From Haplodiscus bocki (lineage: Eukaryota): a stretch of 64,000 nt of DNA. Shown here one piece after another: positions 10,371-24,584 of this stretch. The stretch's first letter is position 1. Each line of letters opens with the position of its first letter. The position numbers and the translations under genes are program-made. Below the pieces are notes generated by a model that was not told where the DNA came from, did no database searches, and saw only the letters and a program-made list of their open reading frames with translations. The stretch covers positions 115,320,001 to 115,384,000 of the forward strand of contig OZ296650.1 of NCBI GenBank assembly GCA_965655095.1. Direction: 5' to 3'.

Positions 10371-13300
10371 GAATATTTTTTCGGTCAAAAATGTAGAGGC
10401 CGTACGCTTGTCCTCCGTTTTTTTGTTGTCAAAAGACCTTCGTCCTGCGATCGCATCGCAACTCATCCCAATTGCTTTTTAAAATGCGTTATTGCAACTA
10501 CAGTTTTGCTTTGTCTTGTTTTGGGGTCCCACTTCCTCTCACTTCTACTTTCGCCAACCATCTGAAACGGTTCCATAGTTTTGATGATTTTGGTTTAAAG
10601 TCTATAATGCTCTGCTACAGGAGGTAATATTTTTTTCTCAGAGGCAATAAATTCATGTGTTTCGGTTTTAGAAAAAAATGCAGAACCGTTAATTCATGAC
10701 ATCAAGTTCACACTTCAGATAACATCAACTGACAGAAACTTGACAAGTGTTACCATTCCACTTTTTGAAGTTCACTTGTGTATTGAATTACATGTTTCAG
10801 CGTTAGCTTGAGTTCTCGGTTTCTTCTCGCGTTACATTTCGTAACTTTACACAGCTGACAAAGACATGTTTTCCAAAAAAACTGCCTGAATTTACCAACA
10901 TTATCAAGTCAATATATATGCATTGTCCAGGAAGGAAAAAACTGATCTCATCAGGTAGATTTATTCGTGACTGCAGACAAACGGTGTGTGTTGAGCATGG
11001 GGTAGCACCTCCATATCAATTTTTTGAAATATTAAAGGGACAGCACTAAAGGGAACAGAATTTTGGTCAGCAATTTATTCTATTCCAATTAAACCAGAAG
11101 TAAGCAAGTTTGAATTTATTCATTCACATAATGCAACTTGAAATTTATTAACGACCTCAGAAAATTCTTGATCAAATAAGAATAACTTTTTCAGTCAAAG
11201 TAATGTTGCACACGTTTCTAGCAAAAAAAAATAAATTTTGCAAATGAATAGAGCTCCAGATTTTTTTCGTATTCGTAAATCTACTCAAAGATCACGAAAT
11301 GGATCATTTCTAGAGCACAAGTGATTTACGGTCCTTTTGTTTTTTTGAGCTATGGCGAAGAGTATAGTAATCCGCTTCTAGCAAATTATTATATAGGTAA
11401 TTATCTATTTTGTCTTTTGTTAAGACTAAGTAATCCGTGTTACGATTCAACCTGTCGAAGTTTCTTAGGCCCGGCTTTATAATTGTCAATCCAGAATGAG
11501 ATCTAAGAATTTTTTGACTACCTGGTAAAGTTGCCGATCAAAAGTTGGGTTACTTAGATAAAACTGGGTAACTTGCGTTACAGCGTAGCACCCGAGAGAT
11601 TTCTTTAAGGTTTCCGGAAACTTCCATCGGCTCGACAAAAGAGCTGATTTGATCAAGCACTGTGTTAGTCAGTATTTTATCTAAGACGCAACATCATTGC
11701 ACTTAGAGGCAGGACCACTGAACAATTTCTCTTAGTTTTCAGGCTATTACCATTGCACTCTTGTTCAGAGGATATTTTGCAATCCTTTTTAGTCTAAATC
11801 TCCGCTAAAAATGTTGTATTCTTATAGGGTTAGTAATTCAAATACCCACTTTCCACCTTTTCAATAGATGATGCTGGATTTTGTTCAATTGTCCATGTTG
11901 GGTTTCTTTGTTGGAAGCAGCCACGATCAAACCATTTTAGAGAACGAAATTAGTTTTTGGATATTTCTGGAAGACAGATAAAAAAAATTGAAATTTTAGC
12001 ACTTTTGTTTTCCTCAAGAGTTCAGAAATTTGAGAAAAACCAAAGTTTCAGGTTGGAAGAAAAGTGGGAGAATTTTATTAATAAATGACGGCGATAGATC
12101 CCAATGGGAGGGAAGGAAAGTTATGAACTTCCCAACTTATGTCCAGCCACTCAAAACTTCTACTTTATTGAGAGTTTTCATTGTTGAGCCAAACATGGTA
12201 AGCACAGGGCAGAGCCGTACCAAGTATGGTAGTCACAGGCTGAAGGCGCACGAAAAATGGTAGCCACGTGACAAGTGACAAGAATAAGGCTTGGCGAACT
12301 TTAGGGAGTACCGCTCAAGAAGCAATCATGTTTAGCACCGAAGGTAAGGTGGTAGCAAATGAGAAAACTTCGTGCACCATTCGTACTAAGCATGTTACCG
12401 AACTTTTGAAGCTCTGAAGTGTGCAATTCCAACTGCGTTATCGCTCTTCAACTGCAATCCTTTCAAACTGGTTAAGTTATTATTTAAACGTTTTGACCCA
12501 TAACTGTTTAACGCGACAATACTGCAAGCAGATAGCGTGTTGGGATCTATTGCATGCGTTACGCAGGTAAATCTACCTGCAATTGCTTGATACTTTACGT
12601 GTGCACAATTTTACAATGCAGGATTTCCATTAATCGAAGAACCAAACTGAAATTGGAAGAAAAAGCGCAGCAGTACTGAGTACTGAGATACACTTCGTAA
12701 TCACTTTGCTTTTAGTATTAAACACTGACATGAAGTTGACCTGACATGTCATTAACTTTCAACAGACCTACGGCAAAAAGCATGCCAAAGTGACAATACT
12801 CGAATTTTACAAAGGGAAAAGTAGACGGCCAAAACTTAGTTTTTCGCGCCGAGATATTCTAAGTAACAAGTTAAAATGTACTCTAAACGTCTCCTAAACT
12901 GGCTTTTGTGCGTGTGCCTTTGAGAAACGCGGCAATAAACCCGAAAAGCAGCTCAGGGCGGAAGTTACCTGTAGGATTAGTTAAGTGTAAATTCAAACAA
13001 ATGATGTCAAATAGTGTTGAAACTATTTTGTTATGCAGTATTTCGGTGAAGATTTTCAAAAAAGAATGGGAACCTTTTCACAATAAAAGCTGAAAAAATG
13101 GAGCCGAAGCTTTTTGAAGGCTGAAATCATACTTTAAAGCTCAGACATTTGAAGTGTAACAACTTTTTCTCGAACGAGAGGAAAAAAAGTAAGCTTTAAT
13201 GAAATTTGGTTTTTCTACATTTTCCTCTTGCATTATAATTTCACGTGCGCCAATTTTACATTGTTACAGGAAATTTTTGTAGTTCAAATCCGTACAAGAT

Positions 13301-13449
13301 GAAAATGTTTAAACAGTTATTTAGTTGCAGTTTCCATCTATTGTGAAATAAGCTAATCCACAGACAAAAAACTTTGAGAGACAACTGCAATGTGGCCGTC
13401 TGAAATGTAACCACAGAACAAAATACGTTGATCTGACTTGTGTCAAAAA

Positions 13450-14780
13450 GTTCAAGAATGATTACTTGTCCGAGTGTTTTCTCTTGAGCCCAAAGTTTTT
13501 TTCTTCACAGAATGACGTATTGAAAAACCTTCAAAACTCACAATAAAGCGTATTTCTTGAAACCAGCGTTGACCGCCCATTGATAATGATCAAGAGCCTT
13601 CAGTATCCCAGAATTAAAATTGATCACCATCGATTCTCCATAGATGCTAACGATGGCATTTACATTTGCCTAACAGCCAATCAAAATGCAGTCTTATGTC
13701 CTGGGTTCACCATCCTAGGGATATCTTACTACGGAACAGCCTTGTACCCCAGTCTTATCATGGGCAAAACCTGTAACAAGAACTTGGAAAACAGTCTTGA
13801 GCCTATGGATGCACCTTAATAAGAACGCCTGTACTCCACGGGAGAGATTTCAGATTAGTGTGCTTTTGTTTCTAAGCTTTGTAGTTTCCTTGACGAAAGT
13901 GTAGTAAGAATATAACAGTCGACTTAGAGCCTAGCGTTTGCGTTGATTTAGAAAATGACAAGAATATCCAATCCAAAGGGACCAGATGAAGTGAATTTAC
14001 AAAAGCTTGTTTCATTTTTATTCGTTTTTTAGATATTTCAAGAAATTTGCTTACTCCTGATGTTTTGAGCATGTTTGTAGGCAGAATAGCTACTCCAGTC
14101 CTTTAAAGGGACTATATTTTGAGTTAATGGATATGCTGAAAAAAATTGCCATAAGTCGAATACTTCCTCTAAGTGGAATTCTCGATTAATGATGCAATTG
14201 AACTTTGTAGTTGATATTCTACGCTAATATCCCAAATTGACGTCAAAGATGCTGAAGTGACTGCGCCGTCAAAAAAAATCAATTACCCCTTAATGTTTAA
14301 TGCAACTATCACATTAAAATTTGCATTTTCGTTTCTGATGGAAGCTTGAGTACTTTATCAAATCTGTTGAATTTGTTTTCCTGAAGCATTTCTAGTCAAC
14401 GCTATGACAAAAAACCTGTCAACAAAGTTGCTGTATAGAAACCAAAATAATGCGTGTTCTTTAAAAATTACTTGAAACTAATGATCCATACCAAAAGCTC
14501 AATTTTTTGGAGACTATCGACCGTACTTCTTCAAACTTGGCAAACGTAAATTAGAAACCTTTGATATTCTGATTGTGTATTTTTGAGATCTTACCCTTAA
14601 TCGAAATCATTTACTTCTCACATGGGTATTTTTTCAACTTCAATGAATCCATATGCAATTTAAGTGACTATTACTAGTGACGCTATTTACTATGATTTAC
14701 CATCTCAATTCACGGCACTTAAATTAAAAAGAAATTTTGTCAACCAGCTGTTTTCTTGTACCTTTGATTTCGGCCATTGA
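13450..14780 (-). mobile_element. Highly decayed LINE reverse transcriptase relic
   Basis: Minus-strand fragments in LINE RT order: KKTAG (~14750), QFG (~14235), FLEISK (~14035; cf. FLDISKAFD), FLNQRK (~13945), TGVL/GASIGSRLF (~13790-13830; cf. GVPQGSxLGPxLF). YADD was not recognisable. Confidence 0.4.
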
Positions 14781-15949
14781 CGATATGGATAGCTACTACT
14801 TTTCATTTGAATGTCCAAAAGTTGTTCCCTTTAGTTCACTTCCTTTAGACTTTTTCCCATGTGTTTACTCATAATTGCAAACCAAATTTTTACCATAAGA
14901 TATGAAGCATCGTAACGACTGGATACATGTGGTTAAATATTGTTTTGGGACTAATTCAAACTCAAATTTCGAGTTTGTAACTCTTTTCAAGTTCCCTCCA
15001 AGTACTTGATGCGAGTTCGTCAGTAACTCTGAAACAGACAGGCGTTCGGCCGTGGCAGGAGACTACGAATAAGGGCAAGACGGGATCGCAAAGATTCATA
15101 CCAAGTCAAAGCAAAGTTATATTTGCTTCTAACCAAGAAGCAAATAGTTTTCAGCAATGTTCCGAAGCTCTGATCACCGAACAAAGGGCGGCCTAACGTT
15201 TGCTCGAGTGAATGGATCAAGCATCCGTTAACTCTGGTCCAGCAATGCCTACGTAATCCTAGGATTGAAAATTATCAGTCTGGCAAACATAAGTAAAAGA
15301 AACTTCCGAGGTCAGCTACTGACAGTGACCCATCGGGGCTACTAAAACTATGAAGACATCCACTGTTGGACATGAAGCTACCGTTACAAAAGTTAAGCGC
15401 TCTCGGGCTATAATTTGGTTATCTCAACTTTGGGAACCATTGTTACACTGGGGTTTTAGACTAACACAGCAGGTGTCGGATTGGCTAGGGTCGGCTACCA
15501 AAACAGTAAGAAAAGTGTTTTATAGAAAAGGAGGAACGAAAACGAATCAATTGCAAAAGAAAAGTCAACCATTTTAAACTTTCAGCGGACAAACAACAAT
15601 AAGGAAGCAACAAACGAGCCACCAGAGACCTTGAGAAAGAGGTAGATGAAGCACACGATAAATCTTACAAAAAAAGACGAGACAGATGTGTTCGCAAGCC
15701 TTTTTTTACGTTTGAAAGAAAAACCACTGAATCATTGGTTGATAAAGCTTGTTCCGGTAAACAAAAAGGGCTTTACAGTAAAGTCCCAGAGAGCAGATGT
15801 TAAAGAAACATAAGTGCATCAAAATGTCATTCTTCAAATGAGCACATAGGTGCAAAGAACAGAATACACGGTTGATTGATCTTTCTCGTGCCAAGTTTGA
15901 AGATCGAAAGGCATTTGAGTTTTTCTAACAGTCAAAAGTCGAAGAAACT

Positions 15950-18900
15950 GAGATGATGGGTTCATTAGAAACGAAGAGTCTGTTCAAAAACAAGAGGACA
16001 CCGCGAAATCAAATGAAATTAAAGCGCTGTTGGATAACAGTGAAGCGAATTTGAAGACGGGAGCTTACGTTGTTGAACAATTAGATGCGTTATTGAAACC
16101 TTCTGCGGAGGCATCGCTTTTTAGACAATGACACGAACTTGCGAAAAAATTGACGAGGGCTAATGTGGACTGGCAAAACAAAAAACTAGGTGCTTTCATA
16201 CTTCACGGAAAAACGCAATTGATCAATCAAGAATATGAGCGTGCTGTATGATCCCCCTTTCGGGAACCACTCTTGTTTGAACATGTAAAAATGATCACTA
16301 CTTGGACAATTTAGAAACGAGACATCTCGAATAGCCTCCAGGGGTAATAAAAAATCAATTACTTACAAATCGACTCGCGCAGAGATAAGTCAGTCCATAG
16401 AACTGGATAATCTGAAAAAAAACAAAAAAAAATCAGAAGCGTAAAAGTGGGGGAAAAGCATAATGTTGGTTGAGACAAGAGAAAGCTAGACGAACCCCAA
16501 AAAAAACACATCACAGATCGCAGACAGAAAAATTTGAGAGTATCTGCAGATTTCATAAATCGGAGAGAAGGAAATCAGGAAACAAATCTGCGCAAAAGAA
16601 ATTATATTTTCAAGTACTCGGGCCACCACAAGCATTGGGAACGTAACCCTCACCCAGTTTTTGAAAAAGTCAAACTGGGAAGCTCCCTTATGGCTGCATC
16701 AAATCAAAGCTGACACTCAACAAACTGAACAATGAAAATGAAATAACCAGCAACACTCAGTCCAACAAAGTGATCCAACAACCTCGTTAGACGGAAAGAC
16801 TGTAATGGTAGTCTCAATTGGCACCAACAACTTGATTAACATCAAGGGACTAACAACAGCCAGCAGGACGCGCAGCAGAAACGTAGAAATATTGCCCAGT
16901 ACTACCAATAGCGAACATAGTTCAGTCAACCCAAAGTGAAATGGCACCCGTATCAAACTAAACTTTGAATTTCCACGCGAATCTGCTGAAATAGAAGCTG
17001 GCAGATTTCTCAGGAGACCAATTCAGACAACCAGAAATCTTCCAGGCCACCAAGCACACTGCAAACACAGACACCAGTCTAAGAAACTAACAACTCAAAA
17101 CATCGGTGGAAAGATCAAAGAAGTCATAGCTGGATTGGGCTAACCTGGTTACGCGATTGATATGAATTGGAACACCCAGTGGCAACCGGCGGGCAACCAG
17201 AAGTGGTAATCAAGGCAGATATCAACTGAATATGTACTTTTACCCCTATCAAGCCGTTTGATGCTAGAACACTGATCAAACTCTCAATGACTCTTTCGGG
17301 ATGCGTACGGGATGCTTTTATGCAAAAGAGCTTTGCTGGAAAAAAATTAGAACCAGATGAAATTCTCAATAGTGCAACCATAAAGCTAGCAATCAACACG
17401 AAAGCAAAATGATTGATATAGCTTAGAAGAAGTGCAAACTATCACAAAGGATTGTTTTCCCTTAGTTATTGGCTGGAAAAGATGGCAACGGTGAAAGAAG
17501 ACGTCTCAGTGTCAAGGAAGTCGAATGCGATCAGAGCAAAGGTGAAAACGAAAAACAATCTGAAGAACTCGACATTCCTGATTCTTGCCAATAACAAATA
17601 TGGCAACAAAAGCTTTCAAGACTGTCCATTGGAAAATGGCAAGTAGCCTTCTCGAAAATGCAAGGAGCTCTTGCGGATGGATAAAAAAGAAAGATTTTAC
17701 GAGAGCCAAAGAGTTGAAACTATGTTTCTGTGCCTTTCCAGTAAAAACCTGATGACAAATTATGCATTAACAAATGCGGAGTTTATGATTATAGCCAGCT
17801 GCACAATTGCTTTTTCCACCATAAAAGTGGTACGTAACCGAAGCATGACAAAAGGAACGAATAATAAACAAAAGCTGAGGTAACATTTGCCTTTTGTTCG
17901 TTGAAGAGCAGCAGTTTTTTGAGTAGCATACCCTTGACCATCACAAGTTGAAAAGTCGTATCGACAGTCGAAGCATTAATGTTTTGTAATTGTGGAGCAT
18001 TCACATTCATAGACAAAACATTGCACGATAGTTTGAACACTAAGAGTGAATCAATTGACCTCAAGTTTGCAGCAAAGCAAGAGACTAACGATTTTAAAAG
18101 CAAAAGATTCAAAACGCCAGTTAACGGAAAACAAAAATCTCGATGACAGCGGATGACTGTGTATATTCAGTAGAAGATTGACAAAAGATCAAAACGGAAA
18201 ATTCAGCTAAAATTTTAAAAAAAACTTCTTGAAAAATCAAATTGCTGGTTTCAAAGATGAGAAAAAACATTCGAGGTCAAAAATACCAATCATTCGCATC
18301 CTCTGTTAGAATTCAATTGTTCCGCCAAGGCTGTGCAGACTCTTCATCTTCATTTTGAGCAACACACAGTGATGATCGAGTTTTAACAGAACAGATGAAA
18401 ATATGCGGAGATATCGAAAGATATGCATGTTGCGTGCTCTATTTCATGTTTTAAAAGACAAATAGAAGGCCTTTCAAATGCCAAAACAAAATAAATCGAT
18501 TGCAAGAGATTTGATTGGTTGCTCTGTAAACATCCGCTTTTATTGAAAAACTAAACTTTCGCGTTAAGCCAAATGGAAGCGCTAGAGTATCAACCGTCAA
18601 AAGAACCTGATTTTAAAACACTCCCACAAGATAAAAACAATTTATTGTTGACATAGAGAAGTGTTTCAGTGGGATTCTGATGCAAGAAGAGCTAGAACCG
18701 ACGATTCCCGTGGAACAGCGGTATCGGACCTAGCCACCATCTGATCACAAACGGCAAAAAAAACATGAGAAAGTGATACACGCAGCTTCAAATTGACTTC
18801 CAGACCTTTTTAGCTACAACCTTCCGATCGGGCCGGGTCTCATACAGAACTTGATAGTGATAATTTTTAGGTTTTCTGCACAAAAAAAATTTACCACTGC

Positions 18901-20030
18901 AGACATCAAGGAGGCGTTTCTGCAGGTGAAGGTTCCGATAAGGAACTGCAGAGTGCTGCAATTTTTGCAGAAGAAACCCTAAATAAAAAACCAAAGTTTA
19001 CAAAAAAGGAAGACAAACTTCTAGTGCCGAATGTTTGCCAATCAGAGCGTATTATCACCTGCTGCAAGTGCCCGCAGACAATGGTCAGGTTCATCCACAG
19101 GTAGCAAAGTCAATTTCCAAGACCTTTTACATGGACGCATCCGAAAATCAGTACACGACACGGAACAAATTATTGGTTTTTTAAAACTCTGAGGCCAGTT
19201 GTTGCTAACGGAGGATTTTAGTTTATAAAAGGATTAGTCGCTGCAGGATGTCACATTGGCCCATAACCTTACGGAGACATCGACATCTTCTAGCAAAACG
19301 TTCGAAGCAAGACCTGTTTCATCATCCATCTCGGGAGTGCATTTGAAATTTGTCATCGAAAACTTCCAATTGTACCGAGGCACACAGATGCAAATGACGG
19401 AAAAGATAGTGCAGAGAGCAGTGTTCTCACATGTCTCAGCTACGTTTGATTCCTGGAATAGTTTCGCCACTCATCATTCGGAGGCGACTGATGTTCGTAA
19501 GGATCTGGATGGTAAACGGGCAAACAAAAAAGTACAAAACTTTGCAAAGAATACTGAAGCGCCTTCAATATGTTGGCGTCGCAAGTGGAAAAATTGAATT
19601 GAGAGGTTCTGAAGAGGAGGTACTTCAGCCGGAAGGACACAAAGTATGTCTAGGTACCTTCTCATATACCTGCCTGCAAACACTGTTCATAGTGGCAGAC
19701 CTGAGGAAACAAGAAAAGGCGGAATCGATTTTGTGGTAATATAACTTGAAGTTTCTCCAACCAGAAACTGGCAATAGCTAAATTAGAACTTGGAAAACTG
19801 ATTTTGGAGAAAAATGACATTAGAGAGGATCAAAATCTACATTGAACCAACTCAGACACGATTCAGCATTCGTTCCCGTGAGCAGACAGGAAGCAACCAG
19901 TCTCTGTAACGAACAAGACCGAAGAAATACTCGAAAGCTCCACAATCAGTTAGGGAGGACAATGGTATGAGACTTGAGCATAGTCGACAGTGGAACAACG
20001 GGAAATCGGTAAAAGCTCCCACTGAAAACA
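15950..20030 (+). mobile_element. Degenerate BEL/Pao LTR retrotransposon gag-pol (truncated after RNase H)
   Basis: Gag Cys/His cluster CPLENGK..KCK..AKELKLCF..CL..KCGV...LHN (17620-17820). RT segment YNLPIGPGLIQNLIVIIFRF...TADIKEAFLQVKVP...CRVLQFL (18815-18968) and FYMDA (19125-19139; YxDD decayed). IVQRAVFSHVSATFD (19405-19450), IAKLEL (~19775) and KQPVSVTNKTEEILES (~19890-19938) are typical BEL/Pao motifs. Confidence 0.85.
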
Positions 20031-20036
20031 ATTAAC

Positions 20037-22529
20037 TCACAATGCCAACATGCTTGACTTAATCAGAAGATGCATGGCCAAAAAATACCTAGTCCAGAAA
20101 GCCTTACGTTGGTCGTCGACTTCTCCGGGGTTCAACTTTTCGAGTTCACGCAGATTGACAATCTCTTCGTAAATTCCACTCTCTAAGGGTTTGCGATGGG
20201 CGGGGATGTAACACATGTCAGGCATCGGGTACCAACTACTAACCACCGTGGGCGCTTCGAGAGATTGGAACAGCTGCTTGATGGCATTTTGGGTTCATCT
20301 GGGTACGAATGAACGAGGTTAAGCTGTTTTAGAGACATCGATTGGACCTGGTTGGTTTTTCCGGGAGTGAAGGTTTTCAAGTTGGCAACCGTAGTCCCTT
20401 GGCTGATGGTGAAAATATGAGCCTGGGGATACGTCAATTGGATTTTCTAGGAATTACTTTGTAGTTGGTTGATTGGTTGCGTAGGAGTGCGGTCAGACCT
20501 TCATTAAAAAAAGATGTAGTTTCAATGATGCCAGTTGATGTCTCCTTTTTGGTAGCAACGACTGTCGGATCCATCACATGGTTGAAGAGACCAACAAAAA
20601 CTTTCTGAGCGGCTTTGAGTTCGAACTATCCACATAATCTTTGATGAACGGCATTCCATTGAGCATGTTTTCCATCTTTGTTAGTACGATGAATGTTTCT
20701 TCGAAGAGGTTGCTTGCCGGAATGAAAAGAAGCAAAACCTGTTTGCGGACTGATAGGCCGTTTCCATTTGCAACCTTGATCTTAAAGACAAAAGTGGGTG
20801 ATTCGTCAAGCCGCTCATTTTCGGACAGCGCGAGTCTGGATGGTGCCTGCGTCCAACAGTGTAAAAGTTACACCTTCTCTAAATTTTATAAGTTTGTACA
20901 ACATTCGGCGGCTTTTTTTAGTTTCAAAGTGGTGGTTAGGGGTAAGACTTCAGCAGGCAATTCTTTAGTCTTCTGCTGACCTTTCTCTTTCGTGTCAGTT
21001 TGCTGATCATTTCGGGCAATTTGGACGCTTGTCTCAGAATGAGGTGATTTTTTGGCTTATAAGATTGCGAGGGTTTGTCCGGTTTATGTTTTTTCTGTCT
21101 CGGTGGCCTAAATTCTAACTGTACAAAAATTTTCGGTGAAGTAATAAAAATTTCTAGTCACGCGATTCATGGTGTACTTTTTCTGTGATGTGCGGGTTTC
21201 CTTAGGAGGCTGCCATAATCGATTGGGTACACTGACTTAAATTTCTAGTTGTGTATTATTCGTTTATTCTGTTTTGGACACATACACTATTTACACGAAG
21301 TCCTGTTAGCGCACCATTGTAAGTCTTTCGTTGCGGATGTCACTTGGAGCACAGTTCAAAAACTGTTCATATTTACTTCTTGATAGGTTGAGTAGTGTGG
21401 GCTACTCAGAGGCTTCAATGACTTCCACTTTTTTGCGAGGTTTTTCAAAATTCTTTCGGAATTGTTTTTTGTCCTCACTTTCTTGTTTAGGGTATGGGAA
21501 ATTTCAGAATGCAAATGCTGCTTTTTGCTTGTCTTTACAGTCCCAGGTGGTGTGTTCTGTAACATGAAGGTTTTTCCGTATCAATTCGGAAATGTATTTG
21601 GGACCTTAGTTGCTGTTAGTCACTGTGGGGTATTTCTTCCTGGTTTTTTGTCCCATTTCCTCCCGCGACATACTCGTTCACGGTGACCTCGTTTGCGACA
21701 ATAATGATAGTGTCCATTGAATTTACGTTTTTCGTGTATTCGTTGACCGCTGTTCTGGTACAGGTGTGGTGACTTGGGATAATTAAAGTTTTTTGAAAGT
21801 CCGGTCCACTGTCGTTGGCGGGAGGACACGCTGGTACTGTAAATGTCTTTGGATAAAGGTTCTGAATTCCTCCACCTTGTTTCGGACTTTCCTGTGATTG
21901 GGAGTTCGTGTTCAATCTCTGCACTGGTAACTTCTCAAGAATGAACATCAGCACAAATGGGGCGTCTCGGTCTCCAAATGCTTGTTCGGCAGTCTTCTTC
22001 AGCGTCTTTAGGAAGTTGGAGTAAGTAACTTTGGATGTGTCATACACAAACTGATCCCATTTGAAATTGAAGACTTGTTTGAATTTGTCTTTAGCAAATT
22101 ATGGGTGGTACTTGTAGATAACGTCTTTTAATGTTGCTTCTGAAGCAATTCTTCATGTTTGCCGAAATCCTAAGGCTTCCTGATGATAAAGACTCTCAAA
22201 TTATTGAAGTTTGTTTTTTTCTGTGACGTGATGGTGGGGTGATCGCTAGTGGCTGAGGAGGTGTTCAATTTCATCAAACTTGTCTTTGAAACCTTGAAAA
22301 TTGGGGAACTGTGTTTAGAGCATTCTAATTCAAATAGCATCACGTTGAATGATGTGTGACGTCTTGTTGATTGCTGTTGAGATGTGATCCATGCAAGAAC
22401 TGATGAAAAAATCAAGCTCATCCTCAGCATCTCCTAGTCGGAGAGGTCGTCTTTGTCTGTCTTGTTGGTGAATTTGGGACGTCATCCGCTCGTTTTGTTG
22501 CAATATGCGGTTAATTGGCTCTGTCCCTC
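20037..22529 (-). mobile_element. Ty3/Gypsy retrotransposon 5' internal region (gag, aspartic protease, pre-RT linker); pseudogenised and 3'-truncated
   Basis: Gag-like KWDQ..YDTSKVTYSNFLKTLKKTAEQAFGDR..EKLPVQ (~21920-22065). Protease motif FTLLDAGTIQ (~20836-20865). WYP...IYEEIVNLRELEKLNP (20120-20235). Preceded by an LTR and a decayed PBS (GAGGGACAGA, cf. TGGTGACAGA). Confidence 0.75.
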
Positions 22530-23536
22530 TCTCAAAGCAGGTACCGGTGACTCTCGAGACGCCTTGACTTCCGTTATTGGCCTCTTCATTACGCTTCAAT
22601 CTGTTTTGCCGTACGTCTCTTTTGAGGTCACACAAAAGCTCTAACTGTTTACTTAGTCAGTCAGTTAAGGTTTTTATCTGACGTGTGACCTCTTCAGATG
22701 TGACAGCAGTTTCTGGAGTCGTTGACGTCGATCTTCCAAAAATGTTCATTCTGCTAATATCGTTCTCTGAATCTGTTCTGTTTATTCGTTTGTTGGTATG
22801 AATGCTCACAGCTAGTTGCAAAGGTCGTATTATGTTTTAATAATTGATTTGAAGAATGCAGTGACATCAAATATTCCAGATTATATACCTTTTCTATAAC
22901 GAGTGTTTACCTATGGCAGAAATTTGTCACACATGTATGTAGTTGACTGCATATTATAGCGATGTCTAATGACTTGGGCTCACTAATTTAGGTGACCAAT
23001 TCCTGTTAATTGCGATGTGACACTATATATCATTATTATTGGCTACCTGCATTAGCAGCTTATTTACCACTTAATTAATATTGCTAGTTGGAGATCAGAC
23101 CTACCAAAATGGCCTCGGATACATGTTTCACCTTGATTTGCTGTAAGTCGTTATCTGTTGTTCATATTAGCTACAAATACTAAACATGGCGGAAAGTGTT
23201 AAGCTCTATAGCTTCCAAAACATATTAAACAACTTGCTGCAGCATCCTTTGAACTAGGCTTTAAATATGGTTGTCTAGCACGTTTGACGCACCTCGCTAT
23301 ATAGCACTCAGTGATTTCTGAATTGAAAGTTGAAACATTCACTTCCAGCACGAAACTGGAAATTCAATATTTCCAACAAAATCATTGCGGTGGATGAGCA
23401 ATATTTCGCGATGAGCCTGTTGGCAAGGAGTCATTTTTACAAAGTGGCGTCCGTATCGAGGTATTATTAAAAAGCTGTGTAATTTACTTATGTATTAGGC
23501 GACAATGCATAAGATAAGAGCTTCATCCATACAACA
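22530..23536 (-). mobile_element. 5' LTR of the Gypsy element
   Basis: Minus strand begins TGTTGTATGGATGAAG and ends TTTGAGA (cf. TTTGACA). Homologous to 2-1164. Confidence 0.75.
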
Positions 23537-24117
23537 TAGGCCAATGGCTAAATTTTATTAGTTAATTTATTTTTCCATCATGCTACTGCATGATCGGAAT
23601 TCGCTCAAAATGCAAACTTGCTCATCACAAATTTTGTCCTTTTTCGTAGAATGAAAGTTATTCTTAAAATTGTGATTGCTTTGGGTAGGTTGTAAACTTG
23701 AATGAAGTTGAAATTCCAAAGTGTCTCAAAAAGTTGTTGAGACCCGTTTCAAAAGCTGCCTCAGATCAATTTTTTATAACCTTCCAGGTGCACCAGCTCC
23801 TTGTCTCTCCATTTGAATGAAACAACTAAAGTAATCGAAGTTGTTTATATATTTATTTCGTTTACGTTTTTTCTGTAGACGTTGTGATAAGTAGGACACA
23901 CATTCCGTAGGTGACTTTTTAAAAAACTTTCTAAATGAATTGTGTAACTTTATTGATCGAAAATTAGAAAGAAAAATATGAATTTGACTCCAGTTTTGTG
24001 TAATTGGTATGAAAAAGCATGTGACGAAAAGTAAGTTTTATATAGTTTTTTGAGATGTCCACATAATTTGCGGTTCATTTTATGTTGATGTCGACATTCT
24101 ATCGTGGTATTTGATAC

Positions 24118-24222
24118 CTTGTTTCCCGTTCTTCACCGATTGACTTTTTCGGGGGATGATGATGTCTTGTTGCCTTCTTAGCCGAATATGCATGGAAAGT
24201 TTGCATGTTGCATAGATGTATG
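24118..24222 (-). CDS. Candidate internal exon (possibly GPCR TM5/ICL3)
   Basis: Bounded by GCGCAG| acceptor and AAG|GTATCA donor. 105 bp, open frame YIYATCKLSMHIRLRRQQDIIIPRKSQSVKNGKQ. Same strand as, and downstream of, the GPCR exon, in non-repetitive sequence. Confidence 0.3.
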
Positions 24223-24584
24223 CTGCGCAATTTTTTTGTAAATTAAGTACAAATCGGAGAGCATGCATCGCAAAATTTTACGAAACATCTATGCAACATA
24301 CAAAATTTTCTAAATTACAAAATACATTTCAAAAAAATGTTCTGTTGGCATGACAATATATAAATTTCATCAATTCAGAGTAACATTGGTCATTTGTGAA
24401 CTATATCACAAATAATCAAAACGAATGAACAAATTTTCAGTTCACGTTTGAAGGAACGTTTTATTATTACTGCAAACACCTTTTCTTATCGAACAAAAGA
24501 CAATTAGCTTATACATCTGAACAAATGAAGTCAACTATTTTCTTTCAAAACTTCAATGTGTATTCTGAAATTCAATGGAAACGT

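Noticed and set aside
14950-15750. 5' LTR of the BEL/Pao element
   Set aside because: Position is plausible, but no second copy, clear TG...CA ends or PBS could be identified.
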